From the NCBI GenBank assembly GCA_963729625.1, contig CAVSOU010000008.1, forward strand, positions 608,001-672,000: DNA of 64,000 bases. The letters are read 5' to 3'. The notes below the pieces were generated by a model. The model was not told the DNA's origin and searched no databases. It worked only from the letters and a program-made list of their open reading frames with translations. Below, piece by piece: positions 30,030 to 40,050 of this stretch; the stretch's first letter is position 1, and every line of letters begins with the position of its first letter. Position numbers and translations under genes: made by a program. Source of the stretch: an uncultured bacterium (GTDB lineage Bacteria; Chloroflexota; UBA5177; JANWHV01).

Positions 30030-32501
30030 ATGCGGCGGTCCGACGTCGGGATCTGGTGGCTTCGTTCCAGTTGCGGCATTGTAGTGTCGCTCACTCTTCT
30101 GCTGTTTGTTGGGGTTGGCGCGCGAGGCGCCGCACCGATGGTGCCTGCCGCTGCCGCGACCACTCCGGTGACCGCTACGTTGGTCACGGCGACAGTGGTG
30201 ACGCCTGTGGCGGCAGCGACCACTCCGGTGACCGCTACGTTGGTCACGGCGACAGTGGTGACGCCTGTGGCGGCAGCGACTACACCGGTGACCGCTACTC
30301 TGGTCACGGCGACTCCGGTGACACCTGTCGCGGTCACGGCGACACCGGTAACAGCTACTACACCGGTCACGGCTGTCGTTATTCCGCTCAAGGTTGGTGA
30401 TATGGTGACATATCTCGGTTCGAATGCCAGGACAAGTTTCGATGCCGTGGAGAAGCGGATCACCGTGGCACGCGCGCCGAATCTCGTGGAGTCCTGGAGC
30501 CTTGACGGTAGAGGAAGCTACGTTTCTACACAACCCATTGTCGTCAACGGTGTCGTGTACTGGGGTGACTACAACGGGTACGAACATGCGACGAGCGCGG
30601 CGACCGGCAAGGACCTTTGGTCGCGGTACTTGGGAAGCTACTACGCTGGCTCCTCGGGCAACCCCACCTACTGCACTCCGGATCAGATGGGCGTCGTCGG
30701 CTCGCCGGCGGTAGCTGATGTCAGCGGCCGGGTTCTGTTGTTCGTGCCTGGCGGGGGCTCAATGAGCGGCACGAGCGGGGCTCTCTACTTCTTCGCCCTC
30801 GACGCCTCGACCGGCCAGGTTGTATGGCAGACAGGGGTGGGAAACGCTCCGGCCGACACTCTCTGGAGCTCTCCGGCCCTCTATAAAGGCAGCATCTATG
30901 AAGGCGTGGCTGGTCAAGGCGGCTGCCCAAATCACACGGCGAGCCGGCTGCTGAAGCTCGACGCAGCCACGGGAGCCAGCCAGGCCAGCCTTACGCTCGT
31001 GCCTGATGGCTGCACGGGCGGCGATGTGTGGGGATCACCCACGATCGACGAGGCTGCGGGCACGGTGTACATTGCAACCGGCGACCAGGACAACAGGTGC
31101 TTGGGGAAAGAGCCCGACGCGCAAGCGGTCGTGGAAGTCAGCGCCGCCGATTTCAAGTATATCGGGTCCTGGCACCTGTTTGAGGCGTCCGACATGGACC
31201 ACGACTTCGGTTCCACGCCAACGCTCTTCACCGGCGGCGGCCGGCCCCTGGTGGGCGTTGTCAATAAGAACGGCATATTCTACGCGTTCGCTCGCGATCA
31301 CCTGTCAGCAGGACCGGTATGGACCTACAAGGTCGCCTCCCCGGGCCTGGCCAGCCCAGAGGTGGGGGATGGGTCCGTATCCCCCGCGGCCTGGGATGGC
31401 GCCACGCTCTACGTGGCGGGAGGCACCAGCGTCAACAAGAAATGCCAGGGCACGCTTGAGGCGCTGCATCCGGACACAGGAAAGGTGAAGTGGTCCGATT
31501 GCCTGCCCGGCTTCGTGCTTCCTGCCGTTGTGGCGGCGCCGGGCATCGTGGTTGTCGGCGCGAGCTCCCATCTGATGGTGATCAATGCAAATACAGGCGC
31601 CGTACTCTGGAAGTGGCTGGATCCGCGTGGGACGCCATTCTGGTCTGCTCCGACGATCGCCAACGGCGTGCTCTACGCCGCAAACTCGGGATGGGCGGAG
31701 CCGGGTCGATCGTGGGGACCAGGCCGCTTGTATGCATTCACCGTCGGCAGCCATCCGGTGCCTACGCCGACCGCTGTCCCCAGCGTTTGCCCTCGTGGCT
31801 GGAGCTGCTTGGATATCGGCAGCCCGAGCGTGCCGGCGAGTGACGTGCTCCGAAACGGAACCTGGACGGTGATCAGCGGCGGCGGCGACATCTGGGGCAC
31901 CGGCGATCAGTTCCACTTTGATTACACAACGGTGCGAGGTGATACCGACGTGAGCGCCCAGGTCAGTGCACAGAGCTACAGCGATCCCTGGGCTAAGGCG
32001 GGCGTGATGCTGCGAGCCGATACTGCCGCCGGGGCGGCCTTCTATGACGCCCTGGTAACGCCCAGCAACGGTATCGTGGTGCAGTATCGCTCGTCTCAGG
32101 GCGCTGAGGCGATCCAAATTGTGGATTTCGCGGGTGCTGTTCCCACGTACCTGAAAGTGACGCGGACCGGTACATCGTTCAGCGCCTATACCTCCGCCGA
32201 TGGTGCCGCCTGGACACTGCTAAAGGGCTCTTCGGTGACGCTTAAGAGCCTGGGTGGTCGTCTTCTGGCAGGGCTCGCGATCACCGCTCACAATCTGATC
32301 GATCCCGGCATGGTGAGATACCACGCTGTGAGCATTCGTGCCGACGAGATGGCCACGGCCACGCCCACACCGGCGGTGGAAGCGCTTACGAGAACACCCG
32401 CACCACATCCCGGGCACGCGTCCGGCACACCGACGGTCGGCAAGGCGAAATCCAGCACGCCCACGCCAGACCCAGGAAAGACGGCAACACCCACGAAGTA
32501 G
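30030..32501 (+). CDS. Secreted PQQ-type beta-propeller protein with a ConA-like (DUF1349-like) beta-sandwich
   Basis: Signal peptide, Thr/Val/Ala/Pro repeats, ALDASTGQVVW-type blades, PT linker, DIWGTGDQFHF and WAKAGVMLR. Confidence 0.8.
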   Translation: MRRSDVGIWWLRSSCGIVVSLTLLLFVGVGARGAAPMVPAAAATTPVTATLVTATVVTPVAAATTPVTATLVTATVVTPVAAATTPVTATLVTATPVTPVAVTATPVTATTPVTAVVIPLKVGDMVTYLGSNARTSFDAVEKRITVARAPNLVESWSLDGRGSYVSTQPIVVNGVVYWGDYNGYEHATSAATGKDLWSRYLGSYYAGSSGNPTYCTPDQMGVVGSPAVADVSGRVLLFVPGGGSMSGTSGALYFFALDASTGQVVWQTGVGNAPADTLWSSPALYKGSIYEGVAGQGGCPNHTASRLLKLDAATGASQASLTLVPDGCTGGDVWGSPTIDEAAGTVYIATGDQDNRCLGKEPDAQAVVEVSAADFKYIGSWHLFEASDMDHDFGSTPTLFTGGGRPLVGVVNKNGIFYAFARDHLSAGPVWTYKVASPGLASPEVGDGSVSPAAWDGATLYVAGGTSVNKKCQGTLEALHPDTGKVKWSDCLPGFVLPAVVAAPGIVVVGASSHLMVINANTGAVLWKWLDPRGTPFWSAPTIANGVLYAANSGWAEPGRSWGPGRLYAFTVGSHPVPTPTAVPSVCPRGWSCLDIGSPSVPASDVLRNGTWTVISGGGDIWGTGDQFHFDYTTVRGDTDVSAQVSAQSYSDPWAKAGVMLRADTAAGAAFYDALVTPSNGIVVQYRSSQGAEAIQIVDFAGAVPTYLKVTRTGTSFSAYTSADGAAWTLLKGSSVTLKSLGGRLLAGLAITAHNLIDPGMVRYHAVSIRADEMATATPTPAVEALTRTPAPHPGHASGTPTVGKAKSSTPTPDPGKTATPTK
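30156..30335 (+). repeat. 60-bp in-frame tandem repeat (two exact copies plus one diverged copy)
   Basis: 30156-30215 equals 30216-30275; the unit encodes ATTPVTATLVTATVVTPVAA. Confidence 0.9.
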
Positions 32502-32652
32502 GGGTGGTTCGTAGAGGTGGAGCGACGAATTCCCGTGTAGCACGGAGCTGCGCGTTGGACTACTCGATTGCCCGAGCCGCTCCCCGGATCCTCGAGTCGC
32601 CATGGAAGTCGCCCGCGATGATAGCCAGCCTCCTGCCGGAGTGAGCCAGGCG

Positions 32653-33345
32653 TTAGTGCGTGCCGGCCTGGGAATCGGGCTCCCGCCGGTGCTCGCGATC
32701 GGCGTAGCGTGCCAGCAGCTCGTCGACGCTTATCCAGGCCTCGCCAAGCTGCAGCCGCCGGAGCGCGCGCGCGTCATCCAGCTGGCCGGGGCGACTGTAG
32801 ATACTCAGCATGCAGAGCATGAACAGGCGGGCCCACGGGGTGCGGGGAGAGCGTGCCGCCCGGCGGGTCGTGAGCCCAACGCGCTGGAGCATCCGGTAGT
32901 GAACGGTTTCCGTCCAGACCACCCGCACCTCGGCGGGAATGACGCCACCGCGAACCATCTCGGCCAGGCATTGCAGGTCGTCGGCCCCGCGCTTCGCGAT
33001 CTCCCAGATCACCGCCTGCACGCCTGACGCGGCGGCCTCAAGGGAGGCTATCGCGCTATTGTCCCAGTGCAGCAGGATAGCCGTCTCGCCGCGCCGCACC
33101 ACCGTGCCGCCGGAGAGCACGAGCGGCCTGCCGGGATAGGGCGCCACCTCGTAGCGAACGATGCCGCCCGGCCTGGGCGGCGCGACGTGGTGACCACGTA
33201 GCAGCATGCGCTCGACCCAGAGAAACACGCGCATGAGTCCGCGCGCTTGGCCGTAGCCGCTCCGGCCCCAGGGCGTGCGCCCGAGCGCCAGCACAACGCG
33301 ATCGAGCCACCATTCCCATCCCGGAGGCCTCCGTAACTGCTTCAT
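32653..33345 (-). CDS. YkoP-like domain protein
   Basis: Y.GRPLVLSGGTVVRRGE...LHWDN and RVGLT pattern resembles YkoP. Confidence 0.6.
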   Translation of the reverse strand: MKQLRRPPGWEWWLDRVVLALGRTPWGRSGYGQARGLMRVFLWVERMLLRGHHVAPPRPGGIVRYEVAPYPGRPLVLSGGTVVRRGETAILLHWDNSAIASLEAAASGVQAVIWEIAKRGADDLQCLAEMVRGGVIPAEVRVVWTETVHYRMLQRVGLTTRRAARSPRTPWARLFMLCMLSIYSRPGQLDDARALRRLQLGEAWISVDELLARYADREHRREPDSQAGTH

Positions 33346-33730
33346 CTGTTCGCCTCGTCCCGCGTTGTCCTATCTCATCTTGCTTGGTAGGCGCCGCTCA
33401 CCCGTTTCACGCCCTGCCCCGCGTACTGCAAGTGGCTTTCTGCGAGTGCCCGGCGCCATCGCCCGACACAGCCGCGCCGACGCCTGCCGAGATGAGCCAT
33501 ATCCGTCCGGGCGCTGCTCTTGGTCCCTGACCGTGCGGCGAATGGGTATAGCACCGGGAGTTCCCTCCTGAGAAGCGGATTGGCCCTGTACACACATTCT
33601 GCCACAGGAGCGGGCCTGGAATCCCTAAAATGCGGTAGTTGATGCCGGCGAGAATCGACGAGCAGGTACTACCCATGATATGATCGCATTACCTTTGATA
33701 GTGGGTTCAACAGATGTCGAGGCGCATCAC

Positions 33731-34027
33731 ATGCACGAACAAGTAACAACGGTGACGCGGAAAGGGCAGATCACCATTCCCGTTGACATTCGCAAAGCCA
33801 TGGGTATTCAGATAGGGGACATGGTCTCCGTCTCACTCACGAGTGGGGATACGCCGGTAGCGGAGTTGCGGCGGGCTGCTTCGGTAGCTGAGCAAACGTT
33901 TGGTGCAGTTGCCACCCGACAGAGACCAGAAGACTTCAAGGAGCTACGGCAACTCTTCATGGAAGGGCAGGGACAGGAGGAAGTGGGAGCGCGGCGTCCG
34001 ATGAAGAAGCGGAACTCGCGCCGATGA
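33731..34027 (+). CDS. vapB: AbrB/MazE-family antitoxin
   Basis: VTRKGQITIPVDIRKAMGIQIGD motif; overlaps the PIN gene. Confidence 0.88.
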   Translation: MHEQVTTVTRKGQITIPVDIRKAMGIQIGDMVSVSLTSGDTPVAELRRAASVAEQTFGAVATRQRPEDFKELRQLFMEGQGQEEVGARRPMKKRNSRR

Positions 34028-34434
34028 TGTTTCTTGATACCAACATCTTCCTTCGACATCTACTCAATGATCACCCCGTGCAATCGCCCAGAGCGTTCGC
34101 TCTCATCAAGGCAATTGAAGAACGCAGGCTCGAGGCATGGACATCAGAGTTAGTTATCGCCGAGCTGGTGTTTGTCCTATCCAACAAACGCACGTACAAC
34201 GAGAGCCGTCAAAGAATCGCTTCGCTGCTCTTGCCCATACTGGGCTTACCTCATCTTCATCTTCTTCGCTCCAAGCGACTATACCGGCGTACGTTCGAAC
34301 TGTTTGTCCAGTTGCCGATCGACTATGTCGATTGCTACCACGCAGCCCTTATCGAGCAGCGGAAAGAGCCTGAGCTCTACAGCTTCGATCAGGACTTTGA
34401 CAAAGTGCCCGGCCTAAAGCGTCGAGAGCCATAG
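34024..34434 (+). CDS. vapC: PIN-domain toxin
   Basis: FLDTNIF, VIAELV, DYVD and SFDQDFD acidic residues. Confidence 0.9.
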   Translation: MMFLDTNIFLRHLLNDHPVQSPRAFALIKAIEERRLEAWTSELVIAELVFVLSNKRTYNESRQRIASLLLPILGLPHLHLLRSKRLYRRTFELFVQLPIDYVDCYHAALIEQRKEPELYSFDQDFDKVPGLKRREP

Positions 34435-34444
34435 ACTACTCATC

Positions 34445-35746
34445 TCACCGTGATGGTGAGCCGACTGCCGCCGGGCCTGATGCGTCGGTCATATTCGCCA
34501 CGAGCCCGCCGGATCGTCCCGCGGTAGTCAGCGCCAGGCCGACAGCGGCGTGCAGGGCGCCGTGGAGCGCCGCGTCGCCTAGCAGCTGTGAAAGGCGCAC
34601 GAGCGGCGCGCTGACGACGTACCGCCGCACAATCGCTTCGATGGGAGTGACAAACAGCGCTTCAGCGTGCGGCAGGTCGGCGAGGTCTCCGCCCAGCACC
34701 ACGATTTCTGGGTCGGTTACCGCCACCGTATTGATGACGGCCGCTGCCAGGTATTCGTTCAGTTCCTGGATAATCTCGCCCGCCCGCGGATCCCCGGCCA
34801 TGGCGAGCTCGCAGACGGCATCCGGAGTATCATTCGGCAGCCCGCGCCTCTTCGCCGCCTGGGTCAGGTGACCGATGCCCGCGACCGACTCCAGGCAGCC
34901 GAGGGGGTCGAACCTGCGGCGAAGATTGGCGCGGTCGACGACCATGTACCCGATCTCGCCGGCAGCCCCCGAGCTGCCGCGCAGCAGCTGGCCGTTGAGG
35001 ATCAAGCCCGCGCCAATGCCGGGGCCGACAAAGATGTAGGCGACGCCGCGATGGCCCTGGGCGCATCCCGACTGGCACTCCCCGAGCGCGGCGAAGTTGA
35101 CGTCGTTGTCCATTACGACAGGCACGCCCAGGTGCTGTTCGAGCTCACGGAGAAGTGGACGGTCGGTCAGTCCGGGGAACGGGCTCGCGGCGTACTTGAC
35201 CGTTCCCTCTTCGATGTTGACGACGCCCGGGACGGCGAGGCCGACCGCGAGCACGGTCACGGCCTTTTGCGGGCCATGGTTGAGTGCGTCCTCGATGAAC
35301 GCGCGAAGCTGCGGCAGCACGCTCTGGCGCTTTTCGAGGGCCAGGGGACGGGAAGTACGGTGGAGGATCTCGCCGCTGAGCGTCGCGACGGCGGCTCGCG
35401 CGAGCCTGGTGCCGATCTGGAGACCCAGAACGACGCCGGCGTCGATGCGGAACGTGTAGAGATCGCCGAGGCGACCTCCGGTCGGCTGAGATTTGCCCAC
35501 GCAGGCGATGATGCCCTCCCGCATGAGAGCGTCGATGATGCGCGATGCCGTAGGCCGAGATAGATCAAGGCGCCGGGCGATCTCCGCTCGCGAGACGGGC
35601 CCTTCCGCGCGGATAACCTGCAGGACTTTCATCCGATTGGGCACCCGGTGGAATTCGGTTACCCACGGGACATGTTTGCTCATCGCACCACCTACTCCGG
35701 GCCTGGCGGCATCGGGCTGTGGCATCTCGATCGCGGTAGTGCCCAT
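34445..35746 (-). CDS. ROK-family transcriptional repressor
   Basis: N-terminal HTH (SRAEIARRLDLSRPT), DNDVN, GIGAG, AGEIG and GCLE motifs. Confidence 0.92.
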   Translation of the reverse strand: MGTTAIEMPQPDAARPGVGGAMSKHVPWVTEFHRVPNRMKVLQVIRAEGPVSRAEIARRLDLSRPTASRIIDALMREGIIACVGKSQPTGGRLGDLYTFRIDAGVVLGLQIGTRLARAAVATLSGEILHRTSRPLALEKRQSVLPQLRAFIEDALNHGPQKAVTVLAVGLAVPGVVNIEEGTVKYAASPFPGLTDRPLLRELEQHLGVPVVMDNDVNFAALGECQSGCAQGHRGVAYIFVGPGIGAGLILNGQLLRGSSGAAGEIGYMVVDRANLRRRFDPLGCLESVAGIGHLTQAAKRRGLPNDTPDAVCELAMAGDPRAGEIIQELNEYLAAAVINTVAVTDPEIVVLGGDLADLPHAEALFVTPIEAIVRRYVVSAPLVRLSQLLGDAALHGALHAAVGLALTTAGRSGGLVANMTDASGPAAVGSPSR

Positions 35747-35931
35747 CGCTGTCTGCTTCCCTGGTCGAGGTCGACCACGGCCTACCAGCCGTCCCAGGCG
35801 GCCTCCGGATCAACGCGGATGGAAGGGATGACGGACCGGGTCAATCCAGGCGAGCGCGGTGATCGTTACACCGGGATTGATCCGGCAAGCATCCGGCCAG
35901 CCGCTTTCAAGCGGGGGTCTCCGCAGGCTCC

Positions 35932-35972
35932 TTGACAAGCCCCCCACACTATGTTATGGTCCGTAACAAAGT
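35932..35972 (+). promoter_or_regulatory. Sigma70 promoter with an overlapping candidate ROK operator
   Basis: TTGACA-17-TATGGT; near-palindrome ACTATGTTATGGTCCGTAACAAAGT at 35948-35972. Confidence 0.7.
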
Positions 35973-36287
35973 TATGCAAGGTGGCACCGCGAATCGAGCG
36001 GCTTTCTCATGAATACTGCCGCGGACGCGGCCGGAATCGCCCACATACTGCGCTTCGCCAGTGAAGTCGTGGAGATACTCTTAGAAGGGAGGGATCGAGC
36101 ACCCTCAGCGGAAAGAGTGATAGCAAGAAAGCCATACGGGCAAGTGGATGTCCGCGGCCGACCGGGCCGCGAGCGTTGACGGCGCGGGTGCTCCGCGCCA
36201 TTCGGCATGCTGTGCTACATCGGCAATCTCATCGACGCTAACGTCGTATACCTCTCGGTTACAAACGTGGGAAGGAGGCCATGAAAC

Positions 36288-38003
36288 GTGGCTAGTCTCA
36301 GCGGTTTCTTTGGGGGGGCATCAAAACCAATCCGATCTCTCGTGCTGACATCCGTTCTGGTAGTTGCGCTGGCAAGCGGGTCCAGCCTGGCGAACACGAC
36401 CGCCGTGCAGCGCGCGTCTGCGGCCGCGGCGCACGTGACCATGGGCGGCACGCTGGTGATCGACAACGAGAGTGGCGCGCTCTGGACGGGCAACTTCAAC
36501 CCGTTCTCTGGCGCCGTCAATTGGACGTCCGAGGGACTGATCTACGAACCGCTTGTGTATGTGAATCCCCTGACGGGCAAGGCCACTCCATGGCTGGCGA
36601 GCGCCTACCAGTGGAGCAACAGCAACAAGACACTGACCTTCACCATCCGGCAGGGCGTGCAGTGGACCGACGGGCAGCCGTTCACGGCGGCAGATGTGTT
36701 GTTCACCTTCAATCTGCTGAAGAAGTATCCGTCTGCCGACCTGCAAGCAGTTTGGTCGGTGCTGAAGAGCGTCGAGCAGCAGGGATCCGACAAGATCGTC
36801 TTCACGTTCGCGCAGTCCGCGGTGCCCTTCTTCTACTTCATTGCCGACCTGAACGGCATCGTGGCGCAGCACGTCTGGGCCAAGGTCGGGAACCCCACGA
36901 CCTACACCGACAGTCATCCAGTGGGTACCGGCCCGTTCATGCTTGGGCCGTCCTCGCCGCAGACGATCACCTACGTGCGGAACCCACACTACTGGCAACC
37001 CGGCAAGCCGTACCTCGACAAGGTGCTGTATCCGGCCTTCACCTCCAACCCGCCTGCCAACCTTCTGCTGGCGGAGGGGAAGGCTGATTGGGGAGGCCAG
37101 TTCATTCCCAACATCGACGCCTACTATGTAGCCAAAGACAAAGCGAACAATCACTACTGGTTCCCACCGACCGACAACGTGAGCCTGTACGTCAATCAGA
37201 CGGTGGCCGGGCTGAACAATAAGTTGGTTCGCCAGGCGATGGCGTATGCGATCGACCGCAGCCGTGTCTCAGTGATCGGCGAATATGGCTATGAGCCTGC
37301 CGCCAACCAGACAGGCATCGTCTTGCCCACGTTCGCCAACTGGCAGGACAAGACAGCTGCGGCGAAGTACAGCTATACGTACAATCCGACGAAGGCCGAA
37401 GCGCTGCTGAAGCAGGCTGGGGCCACAAAGAACGGTTCGGGCATGTACGTGCTGAACGGCAAGCCGCTGTCCTTCAGCGTGATCAATGTCGGCGGCAACA
37501 CAGACTGGGTGTCGTCGCTGGAGGTTATCGCCTCTGAGTTCAAGCAGGTCGGCATCAGCCTCACGATCGACAACCTGTCCCAGACCGACTACTCAAACAG
37601 GGCCTACAACGGCCAGTTCGACCTCCTATACGATACCCCGCCTTCCGCGGGACCGACCCCGTATTACGAGCTGCGCGAGACGTTGTGCTACTGCAACTCG
37701 GCGCCGATCGGAAAGGTAGCGAGCAGCAACTACGAGCGCTGGAACGATCCGGCGACCGATGCCCTGTTCAAACAGTTCGAGGCGACCACGGACAGCGCCA
37801 CGCAGCACGCGGTGATCAACAAGCTGCAGGCGATCATGCTGGAGAACGTGCCGGTCATCCCGGTTACCGAGGGCGTGGACTGGTACCAGTACAGCACGGC
37901 GAAATTCGCCGGCTGGCCCACGCAACAGAATCTCTACGCCGCCCCTGCGCCATACAACTGGCCGGACTGGGAAGTCGTGCTGCAGAATCTCCACCTCAAG
38001 TAG
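36288..38003 (+). CDS. ABC transporter solute-binding protein, family 5 (Opp/Dpp-like, probably oligosaccharide-binding)
   Basis: Signal peptide; WTDGQPFTAADV, PVGTGPF and VRQAMAYAIDR motifs. Confidence 0.92.
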   Translation: MASLSGFFGGASKPIRSLVLTSVLVVALASGSSLANTTAVQRASAAAAHVTMGGTLVIDNESGALWTGNFNPFSGAVNWTSEGLIYEPLVYVNPLTGKATPWLASAYQWSNSNKTLTFTIRQGVQWTDGQPFTAADVLFTFNLLKKYPSADLQAVWSVLKSVEQQGSDKIVFTFAQSAVPFFYFIADLNGIVAQHVWAKVGNPTTYTDSHPVGTGPFMLGPSSPQTITYVRNPHYWQPGKPYLDKVLYPAFTSNPPANLLLAEGKADWGGQFIPNIDAYYVAKDKANNHYWFPPTDNVSLYVNQTVAGLNNKLVRQAMAYAIDRSRVSVIGEYGYEPAANQTGIVLPTFANWQDKTAAAKYSYTYNPTKAEALLKQAGATKNGSGMYVLNGKPLSFSVINVGGNTDWVSSLEVIASEFKQVGISLTIDNLSQTDYSNRAYNGQFDLLYDTPPSAGPTPYYELRETLCYCNSAPIGKVASSNYERWNDPATDALFKQFEATTDSATQHAVINKLQAIMLENVPVIPVTEGVDWYQYSTAKFAGWPTQQNLYAAPAPYNWPDWEVVLQNLHLK

Positions 38004-38036
38004 AACGGTAGCGATTCTCACCAGGGAATTGTAAGC

Positions 38037-38076
38037 AGTCTCTCGGCCGTGCCGGGCTCGGCACGGCCGAGAGACT
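38037..38076 (+). other. Intercistronic 18-bp perfect stem-loop after the SBP gene
   Basis: AGTCTCTCGGCCGTGCCG-ggct-CGGCACGGCCGAGAGACT; this position is typical of an SBP mRNA stabiliser. Confidence 0.75.
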
Positions 38077-38101
38077 CAAAGACAGAGGACGGAGCACCTC
38101 G

Positions 38102-39085
38102 ATGTCATACATCCTGCGGCGCCTGGCCCTTTTCGTCGTCACGCTCTGGGCGGCTATGACGATCAATTTCTTCCTGCCGCGCATGATGCCAGGAAATCCC
38201 GCGGAAGCGATGATGTCACGCGTGCACGGGCACATCAACCCTTCGGCCATGCATGCGCTCGAGGTGGCCTTCGGAATCAACACGCACGACAGTGTCGTCG
38301 TGCAGTACGTCAAGTACCTGGGCGATGTCGCTCACGGCCAATTTGGCACATCAATCTATTTCTTTCCCACCAGCGTCGGCCAGATGATCATGGAGGCGCT
38401 GCCCTGGACGCTCGGTCTCGTCGGGATCGCCACCGTACTGGCCTTCCTCCTCGGCACGCTGATCGGGATCCTCGCAGCCTGGCTGCGAGGCGGCATCACG
38501 GATAGCCTGCTGCCACCGATTTTCGTCGTCTTGTCCGCGCTGCCGTTCTTCTGGCTTGGCCTTGTCCTTATATGGTTCTTGTCCGAGGTTCTCGGCTGGC
38601 TGCCGCCTGCCTTCGCTTACGACGTGGGAGCTCAGATCACGCTTTCCTGGCCGTTCGTCGGCCAGGTCGTCCAGCACAGCATTCTTCCGGGCCTCGCGCT
38701 ACTCCTGGTATCGATCGGCGGCTGGATCCTCACCATGCGCAACAACATGATCACGGTTCTTGCCGAGGACTACGTGAAAATGGCGCGGGCCAAGGGCATC
38801 TCGCCATTCCGGATCATGATGCTGTACGCGGGACGAAATGCCATCCTGCCCAATCTCACCGGCTTTGCCATGTCGCTCGGCTTCGTGGTGAGCGGCGCTA
38901 TTTTGATCGAGATCGTATTCAGCTATCCCGGCCTCGGCTACCTGCTCTACCAGGCAGTTATCGGCGAGGACTATCCGCTGATGCAGGCGATATTCCTGAT
39001 CATCACTGTCGCGGTTCTGCTGGCGGTGCTGGCGGCCGACGCGGCCACGGCCCTGCTCGACCCGCGCACGCGCGAGCGGCGGTAG
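38102..39085 (+). CDS. ABC permease (OppB/DppB-like)
   Basis: EDYVKMARAKG, EIVFSYPGLG and DYPLMQ motifs. Confidence 0.93.
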   Translation: MSYILRRLALFVVTLWAAMTINFFLPRMMPGNPAEAMMSRVHGHINPSAMHALEVAFGINTHDSVVVQYVKYLGDVAHGQFGTSIYFFPTSVGQMIMEALPWTLGLVGIATVLAFLLGTLIGILAAWLRGGITDSLLPPIFVVLSALPFFWLGLVLIWFLSEVLGWLPPAFAYDVGAQITLSWPFVGQVVQHSILPGLALLLVSIGGWILTMRNNMITVLAEDYVKMARAKGISPFRIMMLYAGRNAILPNLTGFAMSLGFVVSGAILIEIVFSYPGLGYLLYQAVIGEDYPLMQAIFLIITVAVLLAVLAADAATALLDPRTRERR

Positions 39086-39105
39086 ACGCGAGAGGAGCCA
39101 GTGCC

Positions 39106-40050
39106 GTGCAAACTGAGATGATCACGAAGCAGCAACCGCTGACGGCGGGCCGGCCCGGCGGGACGAGGCTCGGCGCAGCCGGGCGGCTCGGCAAAGCGAT
39201 CGTTCGCGATCCGAAGTCCCTGATCGGCGTCGTGCTGCTCACGCTGTTCATCCTTATAGCGATCTTCGCCCCGTTGATCGCGCCCTACGATCCGAGCGCC
39301 CAGCAATTCCTGCCGATGGCCTCCCCCTCGTCGCACAATCTCCTCGGCACCACCAACACCGGCCAGGACATCTTGTCGCAGCTGATATGGGGGACTCGCC
39401 AGTCGCTGTTGATCGGTATCGTCGCCGGTCTCGCCGCCACGATCATCTCGATGTTGATCGGCGTCTCCGCCGCCTACATCGGCGGCACGACCGACCTCGT
39501 GCTGGGATTGATCACGGACGTATTCCTGGTGCTGCCCCAGCTACCGCTGATGATCGTTATCGCTTCGTACTTCCGGTCGTCGTCCTACTGGGTGCTGATC
39601 GCGGTGATTGTGGTCACCGGCTGGGCGTATGGGGCGCGCCAGCTGCGTTCGCAGGCGCTATCCTTGCGGCACCGGGAGTTTCTGGAGGCTGCGCGCATCC
39701 GCGGCGAGCGCACATCGCACATCATCCTATTCGAGCTGCTACCGACGATGACTTCCCTGATCGTCGCCAACTTTCTCGGCGCCGCACTCTACGCTGTGCT
39801 GTCGGCGGCGGGTCTGCAGTTCATCGGGTTGGGCAACATCCAGGAGATGAGCTGGGGCACGATGCTGTACTGGGCGGAAAACAACGAGGCCATGATGTCC
39901 GGCGCACCGCTCTGGATTCTTGCTCCCGGCCTCTGCATCGCACTCCTGGGAGCGGCGTTCGCCTTGATTAACTATGGTTTTGACGAGATTGGCAATCCGG
40001 CACTGCGCGCAACAAGGAGGAAACGTGGACGGCGCGTCTACAATTCTTGA
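39106..40050 (+). CDS. ABC permease (OppC/DppC-like)
   Basis: LLGTTNTGQDI, REFLEAARIRG and SWGTML motifs. Confidence 0.92.
   Translation: MQTEMITKQQPLTAGRPGGTRLGAAGRLGKAIVRDPKSLIGVVLLTLFILIAIFAPLIAPYDPSAQQFLPMASPSSHNLLGTTNTGQDILSQLIWGTRQSLLIGIVAGLAATIISMLIGVSAAYIGGTTDLVLGLITDVFLVLPQLPLMIVIASYFRSSSYWVLIAVIVVTGWAYGARQLRSQALSLRHREFLEAARIRGERTSHIILFELLPTMTSLIVANFLGAALYAVLSAAGLQFIGLGNIQEMSWGTMLYWAENNEAMMSGAPLWILAPGLCIALLGAAFALINYGFDEIGNPALRATRRKRGRRVYNS

Noticed and set aside
30156-30370. Tandem repeats considered as a CRISPR array
   Set aside because: In-frame coding repeats with no unique spacers and no cas genes.
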